From the NCBI GenBank assembly GCA_035307565.1, contig DATGHZ010000040.1:14201-78200 (forward strand): 64,000 nt of DNA, in the 5' to 3' direction. The position numbers and the translations under genes are program-made. Position 1 is the stretch's first letter. Every line of letters begins with the position of its first letter. Positions 19,805-30,391 of the stretch are shown here, piece by piece. Below the pieces are notes generated by a model that was not told the DNA's origin, did no database searches, and saw nothing but the letters and a program-made list of their open reading frames with translations. The stretch is from a bacterium (GTDB lineage: Bacteria; Sysuimicrobiota; Sysuimicrobiia; Sysuimicrobiales; Segetimicrobiaceae).

Positions 19805-21109
19805 TCACGCGATCACATCTAAGACGAGCGACAGCGCGCCGGGCGTTTCGGCGCCGATCCGGTACGCGCCGAGAATGCGCCGGCCGGCCTCCCGCATGCG
19901 GCCCGCGTCCGATCCTCGAAGTCTCGCGAGGGCATCGCCACGCCGCACCGGGTGCCCCACCTTACGCTCCAGAATGATGCCCGCGCCCGGATCGATCCGG
20001 TCGCGCGCGGCCGCGCGGCCCGCGCCCAGCGCGATCGCGGCGTATCCGACGGCCTCCGCGTCAATATGGGTGACAAACCCGTCCGCGGGCGCGGCGACCG
20101 GCTGTTCCATCTCCGCGAGCGGAAGCCGGTCCGGCTCATCGACCACCCGCGGATCTCCGCCCTGGGCGTCGATCATCGCCGCGAACGTGCGCGCCCCGTC
20201 GCCGTGGGCGAGCGCCGCCTCCAGGCGCTTCCGGGCCTCCCCGGCGGCGCCCGCCACACCGGCAAGCACCAGCATCTGGGCGCCCACGGTGAGCGCGAGT
20301 TCCGTCAGGTCGTCCGGGCCCGCGCCGCGGAGCGTGCGAATGGCCTCCACCACCTCGACCGCGTTGCCGACCGTCCGGCCGAGGGGCTGTTCCATGCTGC
20401 TGAGCACCGCGGCGGTCCGGCGGCCGGCGGCGCGTCCGATCTTCACCATCGTTTCGGCGAGCGCGCGGGAGGCGGCCGGCGTTTTCATGAAGGCGCCGCT
20501 GCCCGTCTTGACGTCGAGCACGATGGCGCCGCTGCCCGCGGCGATCTTTTTGCTCATGACGCTCGAGGCGATCAACGGCACGCTCTCCACGGTGGCCGTG
20601 CGGTCCCGCAGCGCGTACAGCCGCTTGTCGGCCGGCACCAGCTTCGCCGACTGGCCGGCGATGGCGCAGCCGACGCGGTTGACCTGCGCGACGAGGGCGC
20701 GCGGTTCCAATTCCACACGCAGGCCCGGAATGGCCTCGAGCTTGTCCAGCGTCCCGCCGGTGTGGCCGAGCGCCCGGCCGGACAACTTGGCGACCCGCGC
20801 GCCCGCGGCGGCGACGAGCGGGACCACGACGAGCGACGTCTTGTCGCCCACGCCCCCCGTGCTGTGCTTGTCGACCGTCGGACCCTCAACACCGCTCAAG
20901 TCGAGCGTCTCGCCGCTCGCGACCATCGCCTGGGTGAGCGCGGAGGTCTCCGTCTCGGACAGTCCTTTGTAATAGACCGCCATCAGAAACGCGGCCATTT
21001 CGGCGTCCGAGACGTCGCCGCGGACAAAGCCGCCGACAAACTCGCGCACCGCGTCGTCCGGCAGGGCGCCACCGTCGCGCTTCGTCCTGATTACCTCGTA
21101 GGAACGCAT
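19805..21109 (-). CDS. pdp: pyrimidine-nucleoside (thymidine) phosphorylase
   Basis: MRSYEVIRTKRDGGAL..., DKHSTGGVGDK, SGRALGHTGGTLDKLE motifs. ATG 21109 chosen; the track N-terminal extension is Arg-rich. Confidence 0.85.
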   Translation of the reverse strand: MRSYEVIRTKRDGGALPDDAVREFVGGFVRGDVSDAEMAAFLMAVYYKGLSETETSALTQAMVASGETLDLSGVEGPTVDKHSTGGVGDKTSLVVVPLVAAAGARVAKLSGRALGHTGGTLDKLEAIPGLRVELEPRALVAQVNRVGCAIAGQSAKLVPADKRLYALRDRTATVESVPLIASSVMSKKIAAGSGAIVLDVKTGSGAFMKTPAASRALAETMVKIGRAAGRRTAAVLSSMEQPLGRTVGNAVEVVEAIRTLRGAGPDDLTELALTVGAQMLVLAGVAGAAGEARKRLEAALAHGDGARTFAAMIDAQGGDPRVVDEPDRLPLAEMEQPVAAPADGFVTHIDAEAVGYAAIALGAGRAAARDRIDPGAGIILERKVGHPVRRGDALARLRGSDAGRMREAGRRILGAYRIGAETPGALSLVLDVIA

Positions 21110-21300
21110 CCACCGGCTCCAGCGAAACCGCCCCGCGGACGCCCCTCCGCGACCCACGCGGGGCGGCCGATGTCGCGAACGCATCGGGGTCGCGGGTGTC
21201 TTACCTTCGGTTTCCAACAAACCCTCCGCGGCCGCGTGGACCGGCGCTCCGGCGCCGCACGGCAGGAGCGCTGCGGCGCGTCTTCGAACTCCGGCGGACG

Positions 21301-23616
21301 ATGCCGGCGCCGAACGGACGCTTTCCCTCGCTGTCGCATTGGGGCGCGTTCACGGCCGTCGTTGAAGACGGCCGTGTGGTGCGCTGCGAACCGTTTGCCC
21401 GCGATCCGCATCCGTCCCCGATGCTCGAGGCCATCCCCGCGATGCTGCATTCCCCGCTGCGCATTGCGCGTCCAGCCGTGCGGGAGGGCTGGCTCAGGGA
21501 CCGCAGCGCCTCCGGGCGCTCCTCGGCGGAACCCTTCGTCGAGGTCTCGTGGGACACGGCGCTTGGGCTCGTTGCGGAGGAACTGGCGCGGGTGCGGACG
21601 CGCTTCGGCGCGGAGGCGATCTTCGGGGGATCCTACGGGTGGTCATCGGCGGGGCGCCTTCACCACGCCAGGACCCTCGTGCGACGGTTCCTGTTCGCCG
21701 GCGGCGGGTGCGTCGACCAGACCGGCAACTACTCGTGGGGCTGCGCGCGATTCCTGCTGCCGCACGTCATCGGAACGTACGGCCCGGTCGACGGCCACGT
21801 CACGCACTGGCCGAGCATCGTGCGGCACACCACGCTGTTCGTCGCCTTCGGCGGCCTGGCGGTCAAGAACGGACAGGTCAACAGCGGCGGCGGCGGGGAG
21901 CACACGATGGCGGCGTGGCTGCGCCGCGCGCACGACGCGGGGTGCCGGTTCGTGGTCGTGAGCCCGACGAGGGCCGACTGCCCCGACTTTCTCGACGCGG
22001 ACTGGATCCCCATCCGCCCCAACACCGACGCCGCGCTCATGCTGGCCGTCGCATTTGTGCTGCTCGACGAAGGCCGCTGCGACCACGAATTCCTCTCGCG
22101 GTACTGCACCGGCTTCGAGCGGTTCCGGCCCTATCTCACCGGCGGGCGCGACGGCGCTCCGAAGACGCCGGAGTGGGCCGCGGCCATCACCGGCATCCCC
22201 GCGGACACCATTCGACGCCTCGCCCGCGACATGGCGGCGGCGAGGACGATGCTCTCGGCCGCGTGGTCCCTGCAGCGCGCGCACCGCGGCGAGCAGCCGT
22301 ACTGGATGCTGATCACGCTCGCCGCCATGCTGGGGCAGATCGGCCTCCCGGGGGGCGGGTTCGGATTCGGGCACGGCTCGATCAACGGCGTCGGGAACCC
22401 GCGGCCGGACGTACCCGCCCCAACGCTGCGGCACGGCCGGAACCCCGCGGGGCGGGCGATTCCGGTGGCGCGTGTCGCCGACATGCTGCTCCATCCCGGC
22501 GCGGAGTATGAGTTCGACGGCCGCCGCGAACGCTACCCCGACATCCAGCTCGTCTACTGGGCCGGGGGCAACCCCTTCCACCACCATCAAGATCTGAACC
22601 GGCTGCGCGCGGCGTGGACGAAGCCGGAGACGGTTGTCGTGCACGAGGTGTGGTGGACCGCCACGGCGCGCCGCGCGGATATCGTGCTGCCGGCGACGAC
22701 GGGCCTGGAGCGCAACGACGTCGGCGGTTCGTCCCGTGATCGCTTCCTCTTCGCGATGCACCGGGCGATCGAGCCGGTCGGAGCGAGCCGGAACGACTTT
22801 GACATCTTCCGCGACCTCGCGGCACGCGGCAGATTCGAGGCTGTCTTTACGGAGGGCCGGAACGAAGCGGCCTGGCTGCGCCATATTTACGCCGAAGCGC
22901 GCGCCGCGAACGCCCGGGCCGGCATCGCGCTGCCGGAGTTCGACGCGTTCTGGGAACGGGGCTACGTCGAACAGCCGGCGCCCGACGCTGACTTTGTGCT
23001 CTTTGCCGACTTCCGCCGCGCGCCCGAGGCGCATCCGCTCGGAACACCGTCGGGACGCATCGAGATCTACTCCGCGGCCATCGAGGCGTTCGGGTACGAT
23101 GATTGCCCGCCGCACCCCACATGGCTGCCCCCCAGGGAGTGGCTCGGCGCCGAGGCGGCGCGGCGGTATCCGCTGCACCTTGTGACCATCCAGCCTCCGC
23201 ACCGCCTGCACGGCCAGATGGACCCCGGGCCGGTCTCGGCGGCGTACAAGGTGGCGGGCTGCGAGAGGCTTCGGATGAATCCCGACGACGCGGCACGGCG
23301 CAGACTCCGGTCGGGGGATGTCGTGAAAGTGTACAACGACCGCGGCGCCTGCCTCGCCGGGGTAGAGGTCGACGCCGGTGTCGCACCGGCGGTCGTCGTC
23401 ATGGCGACGGGCGCCTGGTACGATCCCGGCGACGGCGGCGACCGGCCGCTCGATCGCCACGGCAATCCCAACGTGCTTTCGTTCGATGAAGGCACGTCGA
23501 GACTCGCGCAGGGGCCGAGCGCGCTCTCCGCGCTGGTCGAAGTGGAAAAATATCCGGCCGCGCCCGCGGCGATCGGGGTCTTCCGTCCACCCGCCCTGGT
23601 CGCGGGGCCGCCGTGA
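21301..23616 (+). CDS. molybdopterin-dependent oxidoreductase, cytoplasmic biotin/methionine sulfoxide reductase (BisC/TorZ) family
   Basis: SLSHWGAFTAVVEDGRVV..EPFARDPHPSPM N-terminus with no Tat signal. About 770 aa, DMSO-reductase family layout. ATG 21301. Confidence 0.85.
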   Translation: MPAPNGRFPSLSHWGAFTAVVEDGRVVRCEPFARDPHPSPMLEAIPAMLHSPLRIARPAVREGWLRDRSASGRSSAEPFVEVSWDTALGLVAEELARVRTRFGAEAIFGGSYGWSSAGRLHHARTLVRRFLFAGGGCVDQTGNYSWGCARFLLPHVIGTYGPVDGHVTHWPSIVRHTTLFVAFGGLAVKNGQVNSGGGGEHTMAAWLRRAHDAGCRFVVVSPTRADCPDFLDADWIPIRPNTDAALMLAVAFVLLDEGRCDHEFLSRYCTGFERFRPYLTGGRDGAPKTPEWAAAITGIPADTIRRLARDMAAARTMLSAAWSLQRAHRGEQPYWMLITLAAMLGQIGLPGGGFGFGHGSINGVGNPRPDVPAPTLRHGRNPAGRAIPVARVADMLLHPGAEYEFDGRRERYPDIQLVYWAGGNPFHHHQDLNRLRAAWTKPETVVVHEVWWTATARRADIVLPATTGLERNDVGGSSRDRFLFAMHRAIEPVGASRNDFDIFRDLAARGRFEAVFTEGRNEAAWLRHIYAEARAANARAGIALPEFDAFWERGYVEQPAPDADFVLFADFRRAPEAHPLGTPSGRIEIYSAAIEAFGYDDCPPHPTWLPPREWLGAEAARRYPLHLVTIQPPHRLHGQMDPGPVSAAYKVAGCERLRMNPDDAARRRLRSGDVVKVYNDRGACLAGVEVDAGVAPAVVVMATGAWYDPGDGGDRPLDRHGNPNVLSFDEGTSRLAQGPSALSALVEVEKYPAAPAAIGVFRPPALVAGPP

Positions 23617-24275
23617 CCGTGCCGGCGCCGCGGCGCGACGCGCTCACCGTTCGTCCGGCGACCGCGCGGGACTCCGGCGTCGTCTGGGACCTGCTCATGG
23701 GTCTGGCCGTCTACGAGCGGCTGCGCCGGCAGGTCGAAGCGACGCCCGCGCGCCTGCGCCGGCACGGATTTGGACCGCGGCCCTACTTCAAGACCCTGAT
23801 CTGCCGGCGCGGCACGCGGCCGATCGGGATCGCCGTGTACTTCCTCACGTATTCGACCTTCATGGGACGGCCCTCGCTATACATCGAGGATATCTTCGTG
23901 CTGCCGGCCGAGCGGAGCCGCGGCGCCGGCACGACGCTGCTGCGCGCGCTGGCCCGGATCGCGGTGCGCGAGCGCTGCGGGCGCATGGAATGGAGCGTGC
24001 TTCGGTGGAACCGGCCGGCGATCGGCTTCTACCGGCGCCTCGGCGCGCGCGCCCTCGACGAATGGGTGCAGATGCGGCTCCGGCCCCGGGACATCAGGCG
24101 TCTTGCCTCGTCCGACGGGGCACCCGCCCCCGAACGCCGCCGGCCGGCAGGTCGCGGACGATCTTCCGTACGAGCGCGGCGAACCGCGGCCCGATCGCCG
24201 CGGCCGCGGCCAGCACGTCCTCGTGCGCGACCGCGGCCTCGGCCGCGCGGTCTCGGCCGTCGATCGCATTCGTGA
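23613..24275 (+). CDS. GNAT family N-acetyltransferase
   Basis: Acetyl-CoA motif RSRGAGTTLL, FYRRLGA. GTG overlaps the molybdoenzyme stop (GTGA at 23613-23616). The last roughly 55 aa are a tail overlapping the punA 3' end. Confidence 0.75.
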   Translation: MTVPAPRRDALTVRPATARDSGVVWDLLMGLAVYERLRRQVEATPARLRRHGFGPRPYFKTLICRRGTRPIGIAVYFLTYSTFMGRPSLYIEDIFVLPAERSRGAGTTLLRALARIAVRERCGRMEWSVLRWNRPAIGFYRRLGARALDEWVQMRLRPRDIRRLASSDGAPAPERRRPAGRGRSSVRARRTAARSPRPRPARPRARPRPRPRGLGRRSHS

Positions 24276-25011
24276 TGGCGGCGATGCCCATCACGCGCAT
24301 GCCGGCGTGCCGCGCCGCGATCGCTTCCACGACCGTCGACATGCCGACGGCGTCCGCCCCCAACGTGCGCAGCATCCGGATTTCCGCGAGGGTCTCATAG
24401 GACGGGCCGAGCACACCCGCGTACACGCCCGTCCTCAACGGGATGCCGTCCGCGCGCGCCGCGGCCTCCGCGACGCTCCGCAGCCCCGGATCATAGACCG
24501 CGGACATGTCCGGGAACCGCGGCCCGATCCGGTCGTCATTCGGGCCGACGAGCGGATTCGCTCCGGTCAGATTGATGTGGTCGGTCAGGAGCATGAGATC
24601 GCCGCGGCGGAACGCCGGATTCAGGCCGCCCGCGGCGTTGGACAGAACGAGCACCGGCGTGCCCAACGCGGCGAGCACGCGAACGGGAAACGCCACCTGT
24701 CCGGCCGTGTAGCCCTCGTACAGGTGCGCGCGGCCCGCAAGCGCCGCGACGGGCCGCCCGTCGAGCCGGCCCAGCACCAACTCCGCCGCGTGGCCGGCCA
24801 CACTCGGCACGGGAAAATGCGGAATCGCGCCGTACGGAACAACAGCGTCCCCATCGATCTCGCCGGCGAGGCCGCCGAGTCCGCTGCCGAGCACGATGGC
24901 GCACTGCGGAACCTGCGGCCAGTGCGCCCGGATCGCATCGGCCGCCTCGTGGACCGCCCGGGCGAGCGCTCCCGCGGGCGGCTGCACCGGCTCTCCTCCC
25001 CGCCCCGTCAC
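24094..25011 (-). CDS. punA: purine nucleoside phosphorylase (PNP-I, trimeric type)
   Basis: [38 protein letters not shown] motifs. GTG overlaps the deoB stop (GTGA). Confidence 0.85.
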   Translation of the reverse strand: MTGRGGEPVQPPAGALARAVHEAADAIRAHWPQVPQCAIVLGSGLGGLAGEIDGDAVVPYGAIPHFPVPSVAGHAAELVLGRLDGRPVAALAGRAHLYEGYTAGQVAFPVRVLAALGTPVLVLSNAAGGLNPAFRRGDLMLLTDHINLTGANPLVGPNDDRIGPRFPDMSAVYDPGLRSVAEAAARADGIPLRTGVYAGVLGPSYETLAEIRMLRTLGADAVGMSTVVEAIAARHAGMRVMGIAAITNAIDGRDRAAEAAVAHEDVLAAAAAIGPRFAALVRKIVRDLPAGGVRGRVPRRTRQDA

Positions 25012-26231
25012 GGTGCGAGGATCTCCTCGAGAAAACTAGCGCCGGCGCCGGTCCCCGGCAAGCCGAAGGCCGCGGCCACGGTCGCGCCCACGTCCGCGAA
25101 TGTCGCGCGCACGCCGAGGTTCACCCCGCCGCGCACGCGCGGGCCCGCCACGAGCAGCGGCACGCGCTCGCGCGAGTGATCCGTGCTCCCGGAGGTCGGA
25201 TCGTTTCCGTGGTCCGCGGTGATGAACGCGAGCCCCGCCGGCCCCAGCTGCGCGAGGACCTCATCGAGGCGCGCATCGATCCGTTCGAGATCGGCACCGT
25301 ACCCCTTGGGGTCGTTGCGATGGCCATACAGGGTATCCAGGTCGACGAGGTTGGTGAACACGAGCCCACGCTCGAGCGCCGGGAGCGCCTGCACGGTCTG
25401 TGTGAGCCCGTCCATATCGTCGTGGGTATGCACGACCCTGGTGATGCCGCGCCCGGCAAAGAGATCGCCGATCTTGCCGATCCCCACGACCGGCACACCG
25501 GCCGCCGCCAGGCGGTCGAGCACGGTGTCCCGCGGCGGAGGCACGGAGAAGTCCCGCCGGCGGTCGGTGCGTACGAACCCTTCGGCCGGTTCGCCGACGA
25601 ACGGGCGCGCGATGATCCGGCTGACGGCGTGGGGGCCGGTGAGAATCGCGCGGGCGATCTCGCACATGCCGTAGAGCGCGGCCACCGGGATAACCGCCTC
25701 GTGCGCGGCGATTTGAAAGACGCTGTCGGCGGACGTGTAGACGATCGGCCGGCCCGTGCGGATGTGCGCTTCCCCGAGCTCGGCGATGATCGTCGTCCCC
25801 GAGGCCGGCCGGTTGCCGAGCACGCGGCGGCCGATGCGGGCTTCGAACGGCTCGATGACCTCGGGCGGAAACCCGTGCGGGTAGGTCGGAAACGGACGCT
25901 CGAGGATCAGACCCATGAGTTCCCAATGTCCCGTCGTACTGTCCTTGCCGGCCGAGACCTCCGTCAGCACGCCGAAGGCGCCCTGCGGATGGTCGGCCGG
26001 CGGCACGCCGGCGATCGGCGCCAGCCGGCCGAGCCCGAGCCGTCCCAGCGCCGGCAGCCGCAGCCCGCCGCATGCCGCGGCGGTGTGCGGCAGCGTGCTC
26101 GACCCTTCGTCCCCGTACCGGCCCGCGTCCGGCGCGCCGCCGATCCCGCAGCTGTCGAGGACCAGGACGAGCACGCGCGTCCCCTGGCGCTGGGCTTTGG
26201 ACAGCGGACCTGCGGCCGGGTACGGCGTCAC
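25008..26231 (-). CDS. deoB: phosphopentomutase
   Basis: [24 protein letters not shown] motifs of the alkaline-phosphatase-superfamily DeoB. GTG overlaps the Nudix gene stop. Confidence 0.9.
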   Translation of the reverse strand: MTPYPAAGPLSKAQRQGTRVLVLVLDSCGIGGAPDAGRYGDEGSSTLPHTAAACGGLRLPALGRLGLGRLAPIAGVPPADHPQGAFGVLTEVSAGKDSTTGHWELMGLILERPFPTYPHGFPPEVIEPFEARIGRRVLGNRPASGTTIIAELGEAHIRTGRPIVYTSADSVFQIAAHEAVIPVAALYGMCEIARAILTGPHAVSRIIARPFVGEPAEGFVRTDRRRDFSVPPPRDTVLDRLAAAGVPVVGIGKIGDLFAGRGITRVVHTHDDMDGLTQTVQALPALERGLVFTNLVDLDTLYGHRNDPKGYGADLERIDARLDEVLAQLGPAGLAFITADHGNDPTSGSTDHSRERVPLLVAGPRVRGGVNLGVRATFADVGATVAAAFGLPGTGAGASFLEEILAP

Positions 26232-26776
26232 CCGGCCGGGACGCCGAAGCGCTCGGCCGCGAGCAGCACCGCCACGATCGATTTCGCGTCGTGGAGTTCG
26301 CCCGTCGCGACCAGGCGGCGCGCGACGGCAAGCGGGACGCGGTGCACCGTCATGTCCTCTTCTTCACGCTGGGCCGAGACAGGGTGCAGGTCCTGGGCGA
26401 GAAACAGATGCAACTCTTCGGTCGAGATCCCGGGCGCCGGATAAAACGTGGCGAGCCGCTCCCACGTCCGCGCGGCGTAGCCGGCCTCCTCGGCGAGTTC
26501 GCGCCGCGCACACGCCTCGGGCGGCTCGGGCGGCTCCAGCGTGCCGGCCGGGATCTCGTACAGCACGCGGCCGACCGCCGGGCGCGTTTGCCGGACGAGG
26601 ACGACGTCACGATCTGGCAGGAGTGCCAGGATCGCCACGGCGCCGGGGTGCTCCACGACTTCGAGCGACCAGCGCCGTCCGCTCGGGTTTTCCATCTCGT
26701 CGACCCGAACCGCAAATGCCCGGCCCTGGAACACATGCCGGCTGCGGAGGACCTTCGGCTCGGCGCCGCCGGTCAT
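26228..26776 (-). CDS. Nudix hydrolase (ADP-ribose pyrophosphatase-like)
   Basis: Nudix box [26 protein letters not shown] 26776; the upstream 99 track residues are Arg-rich and discarded. Confidence 0.8.
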   Translation of the reverse strand: MTGGAEPKVLRSRHVFQGRAFAVRVDEMENPSGRRWSLEVVEHPGAVAILALLPDRDVVLVRQTRPAVGRVLYEIPAGTLEPPEPPEACARRELAEEAGYAARTWERLATFYPAPGISTEELHLFLAQDLHPVSAQREEEDMTVHRVPLAVARRLVATGELHDAKSIVAVLLAAERFGVPAG

Positions 26777-26826
26777 CGACCCGTACGGGGCGCGGCGGCG
26801 CGCAGGACGGCCGGTGTCAGCTTCGC

Positions 26827-27726
26827 TTAGTCTCCGCCCCGCGCTCCGGTCGTCTCGTAGACCGGGGTGCCTTCCCGGGCGGCAAAGTCGCGGAACGCCG
26901 CGAGGATCTTCATGGTGACCGGCCCGGGGGTGCCGGGGCCGATCGGCCGCCCGTCGATCTGGACCACCGGTCCGAGCTCCGCGCCGGTGCCGGTCAGGAA
27001 ACACTCGTCCGCCGTGTACACATCGTGCAGCGTGATCACCTGCTCCGCGGCCGGGACGCCGAGTGTGCCGCACAGATCCAGCACCGCCTGGCGGGTGACG
27101 CCCTGCAGGATCCCGATGTAGGGCGGCGGGGTGAGGACGCGGCCCCGCCGCACGATGAAGATGTTGTCAGCGGTGCACTCCGCGACGTAGCCGTCCGTCG
27201 TCAGCATCAGGCCTTCGTCGACGCCGGCGAGGTTGGCCTCGAGGCGCGCCATGATGTTGTTGAGGTAGTTGCAGGTCTTGATGCGCGGATTGAGCACGTC
27301 GACGGGACGCTGCCGGGTCGAGGTGGTGATGACCCGCAGTCCCTTGCGGTAGGCTTCCTCCGGATACAGTTGAATCGAGTCGACGATGATGACCACGTTG
27401 GCCTTCGGGCACTTGCGCGGATCGATGCCGAGATCGCCCGGCCCGCGCGAGACGACCGGCCGGATGTAGGCGTCGCGCAGCCCCGAGCGGCGCACGGTCT
27501 CCACGATCGCGGCGGTGAACGCCTCGCGGCTCATCGGAATCTCCAGCTTGAGCGTGTGGGCCGATTCAAAGATCCGGTCCACGTGCTCCGTGAGTTTGAA
27601 GACCCGCCCGTTGTAGCAGCGAATGCCTTCGAAGACCCCGTCCCCGTAGAGGAAACCGTGGTCGTACACCGAGACACTGGCGTCCTCTTTGGCGACGAAC
27701 CGGCCGTTCATGTACACGGTGCCCAT
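26827..27726 (-). CDS. ilvE: branched-chain amino acid aminotransferase (fold type IV)
   Basis: MGTVYMNGRFV..SVYDHGFLYGDGVFEGIR pattern. GGAGGGG ribosome-binding site before ATG 27726. Confidence 0.85.
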   Translation of the reverse strand: MGTVYMNGRFVAKEDASVSVYDHGFLYGDGVFEGIRCYNGRVFKLTEHVDRIFESAHTLKLEIPMSREAFTAAIVETVRRSGLRDAYIRPVVSRGPGDLGIDPRKCPKANVVIIVDSIQLYPEEAYRKGLRVITTSTRQRPVDVLNPRIKTCNYLNNIMARLEANLAGVDEGLMLTTDGYVAECTADNIFIVRRGRVLTPPPYIGILQGVTRQAVLDLCGTLGVPAAEQVITLHDVYTADECFLTGTGAELGPVVQIDGRPIGPGTPGPVTMKILAAFRDFAAREGTPVYETTGARGGD

Positions 27727-27750
27727 GCTCGTGTCCCCTCCGGCCCGGAT

Positions 27751-27794
27751 GAAAACTCGCCGCGCCGCCCGAAGGTCCCAGGGCGCGCGGCGCG
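27751..27794 (-). terminator. putative intrinsic terminator after pyrG
   Basis: Minus strand: imperfect GC stem CGCGCCGCGCGCCC-TGGGACCTTC-GGGCGGCGCGGCG, followed by AGTTTTC. Confidence 0.4.
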
Positions 27795-27806
27795 GATCCG
27801 GCAGAC

Positions 27807-29492
27807 TCATCGGTTCGCCGTAGGCGCGGACGGCTCCTTTGCGACCCGCGGTACCTGCGTCCGCAGCCGCGCGAGCGCCGCCGCGATGAAGGCGCGGTAG
27901 AGCGGATGCGGCCGCGTGGGCCGCGAGCGGTACTCGGCGTGAAACTGCGTGCCGAGGAACCACGGATGCCCCGGGAGTTCGATGATCTCGACGAGGTTGC
28001 GCTCGGGATAGAGTCCGGTGACGCGAAGACCGTGGCGCGTGAGCACCGGCAGGTACTCGTTGTTGACCTCGAACCGGTGCCGGTGGCGCTCCTCCACGTC
28101 GTCCGCGCCGTACGCCCCGTGGGCCAGCGAGCCGGGCGCGAGCCGGCAGGGATACAATCCGAGCCGCATGGTGCCGCCCTTGTCGGTGACCGCCTTTTGC
28201 TCCGGCAGCAGATCGATCACCGGATGCGGGGTGGACGGCGCCACCTCGGTGGTGTTCGCGCCGTCCAGACCGCAGACGTGCCGCGCGAACTCCACCACCG
28301 CCCACTGCATGCCGTAGCACACGCCGAAGAACGGCACGCCGTGCGTGCGCGCGAACTGGGCCGCCTTGACCTTGCCTTCGACGCCCCGCGCGCCGAAGCC
28401 GGGGCAGACCAGGATCCCGTCGAACCGGCCGAGGCGCGCCGCCACGCCGTCCGGCTCCAGGGCGTCGAGTTCCTCCGAGTCCTGCTTGACGATGCGGACC
28501 CGGCAGCCGGTGGCGATGCCGCCGTGCCGCAACGCCTCTTCGATACTGATGTACGAATCGTCGTTCCCCATGTACTTGCCGACGAGGCCGATCTCCACGA
28601 TCTCCGGCGAATTAAGCAGCCGGTCGACCATGAGCCGCCAGTCCCCGAGCTCGGGTACCTGCACCGGCAGGTCGAGCCGCTTCTCCGCGATGCGCGCGAG
28701 GCCTTCGTCCTCGAGGACGAGCGGCACTTCGTAGACACTCGGCGCGTCGATCGATTGAATCACGGCCTCCGGGGCCACGTCGCAGAACAGCGCCAGTTTG
28801 TCGCGGAGGCTCCGCGAGAGCGGCCGTTCCGTCCGGCAGACGATCACGTCGGGGTGGATGCCGATGCCGCGCAGCTCTTTGACGCTGTGCTGCGTCGGCT
28901 TGGTCTTGAGCTCGCCGGCGCCGCGGAGGTACGGGACGAGCGAGACGTGCACGTACATGACGTTCGCCTCGCCGACGTACCGGCGGAACTGCCGGATGGC
29001 CTCCAGAAACGGGAGGCTCTCGATGTCCCCGACGGTCCCGCCGACTTCCACGATCAGCACGTCGGCGCGCTGGAGGCGGGCAACGCGGCTGATCTCCTCG
29101 CGGATCTCGTTGGTGATGTGCGGGATCACCTGCACGGTGCCGCCGAGGTACTCGCCGCGGCGCTCGCGCGCGATCACGGCCCCGTAGATCTTCCCCGTCG
29201 TGGTGTTGTTGTCGCGCCCGAGGCTCTCGTCGATGAAGCGCTCGTAATGCCCGAGGTCCATGTCGGTCTCCGCGCCGTCGTCGGTGACGAAGACCTCGCC
29301 GTGCTGGAACGGGTTCATGGTCCCCGCGTCCACGTTCACGTATGGATCGAACTTCAGCGCGCTGACCCGCCAGCCCCGGCTCTTCAGCAGCCGGCCGAGC
29401 GAGGCGGAGGTAATGCCCTTGCCGAGCGCCGACGCCACGCCCCCCGTGACGAAGATGTACTTCACCGGCCGCTGCGGTGTAGCGTGCGTCAT
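27807..29492 (-). CDS. pyrG: CTP synthase
   Basis: [17 protein letters not shown]-loop-like N-terminus and C-terminal glutamine amidotransferase domain ([15 protein letters not shown]). Start ATG 29492; alternatives lie upstream. Confidence 0.9.
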   Translation of the reverse strand: MTHATPQRPVKYIFVTGGVASALGKGITSASLGRLLKSRGWRVSALKFDPYVNVDAGTMNPFQHGEVFVTDDGAETDMDLGHYERFIDESLGRDNNTTTGKIYGAVIARERRGEYLGGTVQVIPHITNEIREEISRVARLQRADVLIVEVGGTVGDIESLPFLEAIRQFRRYVGEANVMYVHVSLVPYLRGAGELKTKPTQHSVKELRGIGIHPDVIVCRTERPLSRSLRDKLALFCDVAPEAVIQSIDAPSVYEVPLVLEDEGLARIAEKRLDLPVQVPELGDWRLMVDRLLNSPEIVEIGLVGKYMGNDDSYISIEEALRHGGIATGCRVRIVKQDSEELDALEPDGVAARLGRFDGILVCPGFGARGVEGKVKAAQFARTHGVPFFGVCYGMQWAVVEFARHVCGLDGANTTEVAPSTPHPVIDLLPEQKAVTDKGGTMRLGLYPCRLAPGSLAHGAYGADDVEERHRHRFEVNNEYLPVLTRHGLRVTGLYPERNLVEIIELPGHPWFLGTQFHAEYRSRPTRPHPLYRAFIAAALARLRTQVPRVAKEPSAPTANR

Positions 29493-29518
29493 CGGCTCCG
29501 TCCCCCCGGCGCTGTGCG

Positions 29519-30391
29519 TCATCGCTCGCCGCCCCACGACAATTTGGTGCGCAGCAGTTTGTAGAATCCGGTCCGCCCGAGCCGGACGAGCCGCGCGCGG
29601 CAGGGCGCCCGGGCGACCCGGACCACGTCGTCCGGCTCCAGCGGGTGGCCTTCCTGCCCGTCGACGGTCAGCACCGACGGGGCGCCCGTCGGCTCGACGC
29701 GGATCGTGATCGCCTCGGCGCCGGAGAGCACCACGGCGCGGGCGCTGAGCGTGTGCGCGCAGATCGGGGTGAGCACGATGGCGTCGAGATCGGGATGCAG
29801 GATCGGTCCGCCCGCCGACAGCGAGTAGGCCGTCGAGCCGGTCGGCGTCGCGACGATGAGGCCGTCCGCCGTATGGGTCGCGAGGTGCACGTCGTTGATG
29901 TCGGTGCGGATGCGCAGGAGGCGCGCGTACCCGCTCTTCGTCACCACGACATCGTTGAGCGCGAGCAGTTCGCGGACGATCCGGTCCGAGCGGCAGACCT
30001 GCGCCTGCAGCATCATCCGTTCGTCCACGCGGTAGTCGCCGCCGAGCACCCGCAGCAGCGCGTCGTCAACCGCGCGATCCTGCACCTCCGCGAGAAACCC
30101 GAACCCGCCGAGGTTCACGCCCAGGATCGGAATGCCGTCGCGCGCCGCCTGCCGCGCGGCCTGCAGGATCGTGCCGTCGCCCCCGAAGACCACGAGCACG
30201 TCGGCGCGCCGGCCGAGATCGGCGGCGGGGACGCCGGATTCCGGCAGGCCGAGCTCCCGCGCGCTCTCCTCGTTGACGACGACGCCGACGCGCCGCGACG
30301 CGAGCAGCGCCGCGGCGTCCCGCGCGAGGCGGCCCACCTCCGGGTCGGCGCGCAGTTTGTCGACGTTGACGAACAGAGCGACGGCCTTCAT
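29519..30391 (-). CDS. nadK: NAD kinase
   Basis: VFGGDGTIL (GGDG) motif, [23 protein letters not shown] 30391 overlaps the tlyA stop (ATGA). Confidence 0.85.
   Translation of the reverse strand: MKAVALFVNVDKLRADPEVGRLARDAAALLASRRVGVVVNEESARELGLPESGVPAADLGRRADVLVVFGGDGTILQAARQAARDGIPILGVNLGGFGFLAEVQDRAVDDALLRVLGGDYRVDERMMLQAQVCRSDRIVRELLALNDVVVTKSGYARLLRIRTDINDVHLATHTADGLIVATPTGSTAYSLSAGGPILHPDLDAIVLTPICAHTLSARAVVLSGAEAITIRVEPTGAPSVLTVDGQEGHPLEPDDVVRVARAPCRARLVRLGRTGFYKLLRTKLSWGGER

Noticed and set aside
19952-21961. 669-aa plus-strand ORF; similar cases at 25915..27900, 27906..29564, 46310..48091, 53909..55918, 59338..61002 and, on the minus strand, 21643..23460
   Set aside because: Each is antisense or out of frame to a well-supported conserved gene (pdp, deoB/nudix/ilvE, pyrG, cca/sigma, aspS, aminotransferases, the BisC-like enzyme). 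All show the same low-complexity Arg/Gly/Pro/Ala bias.
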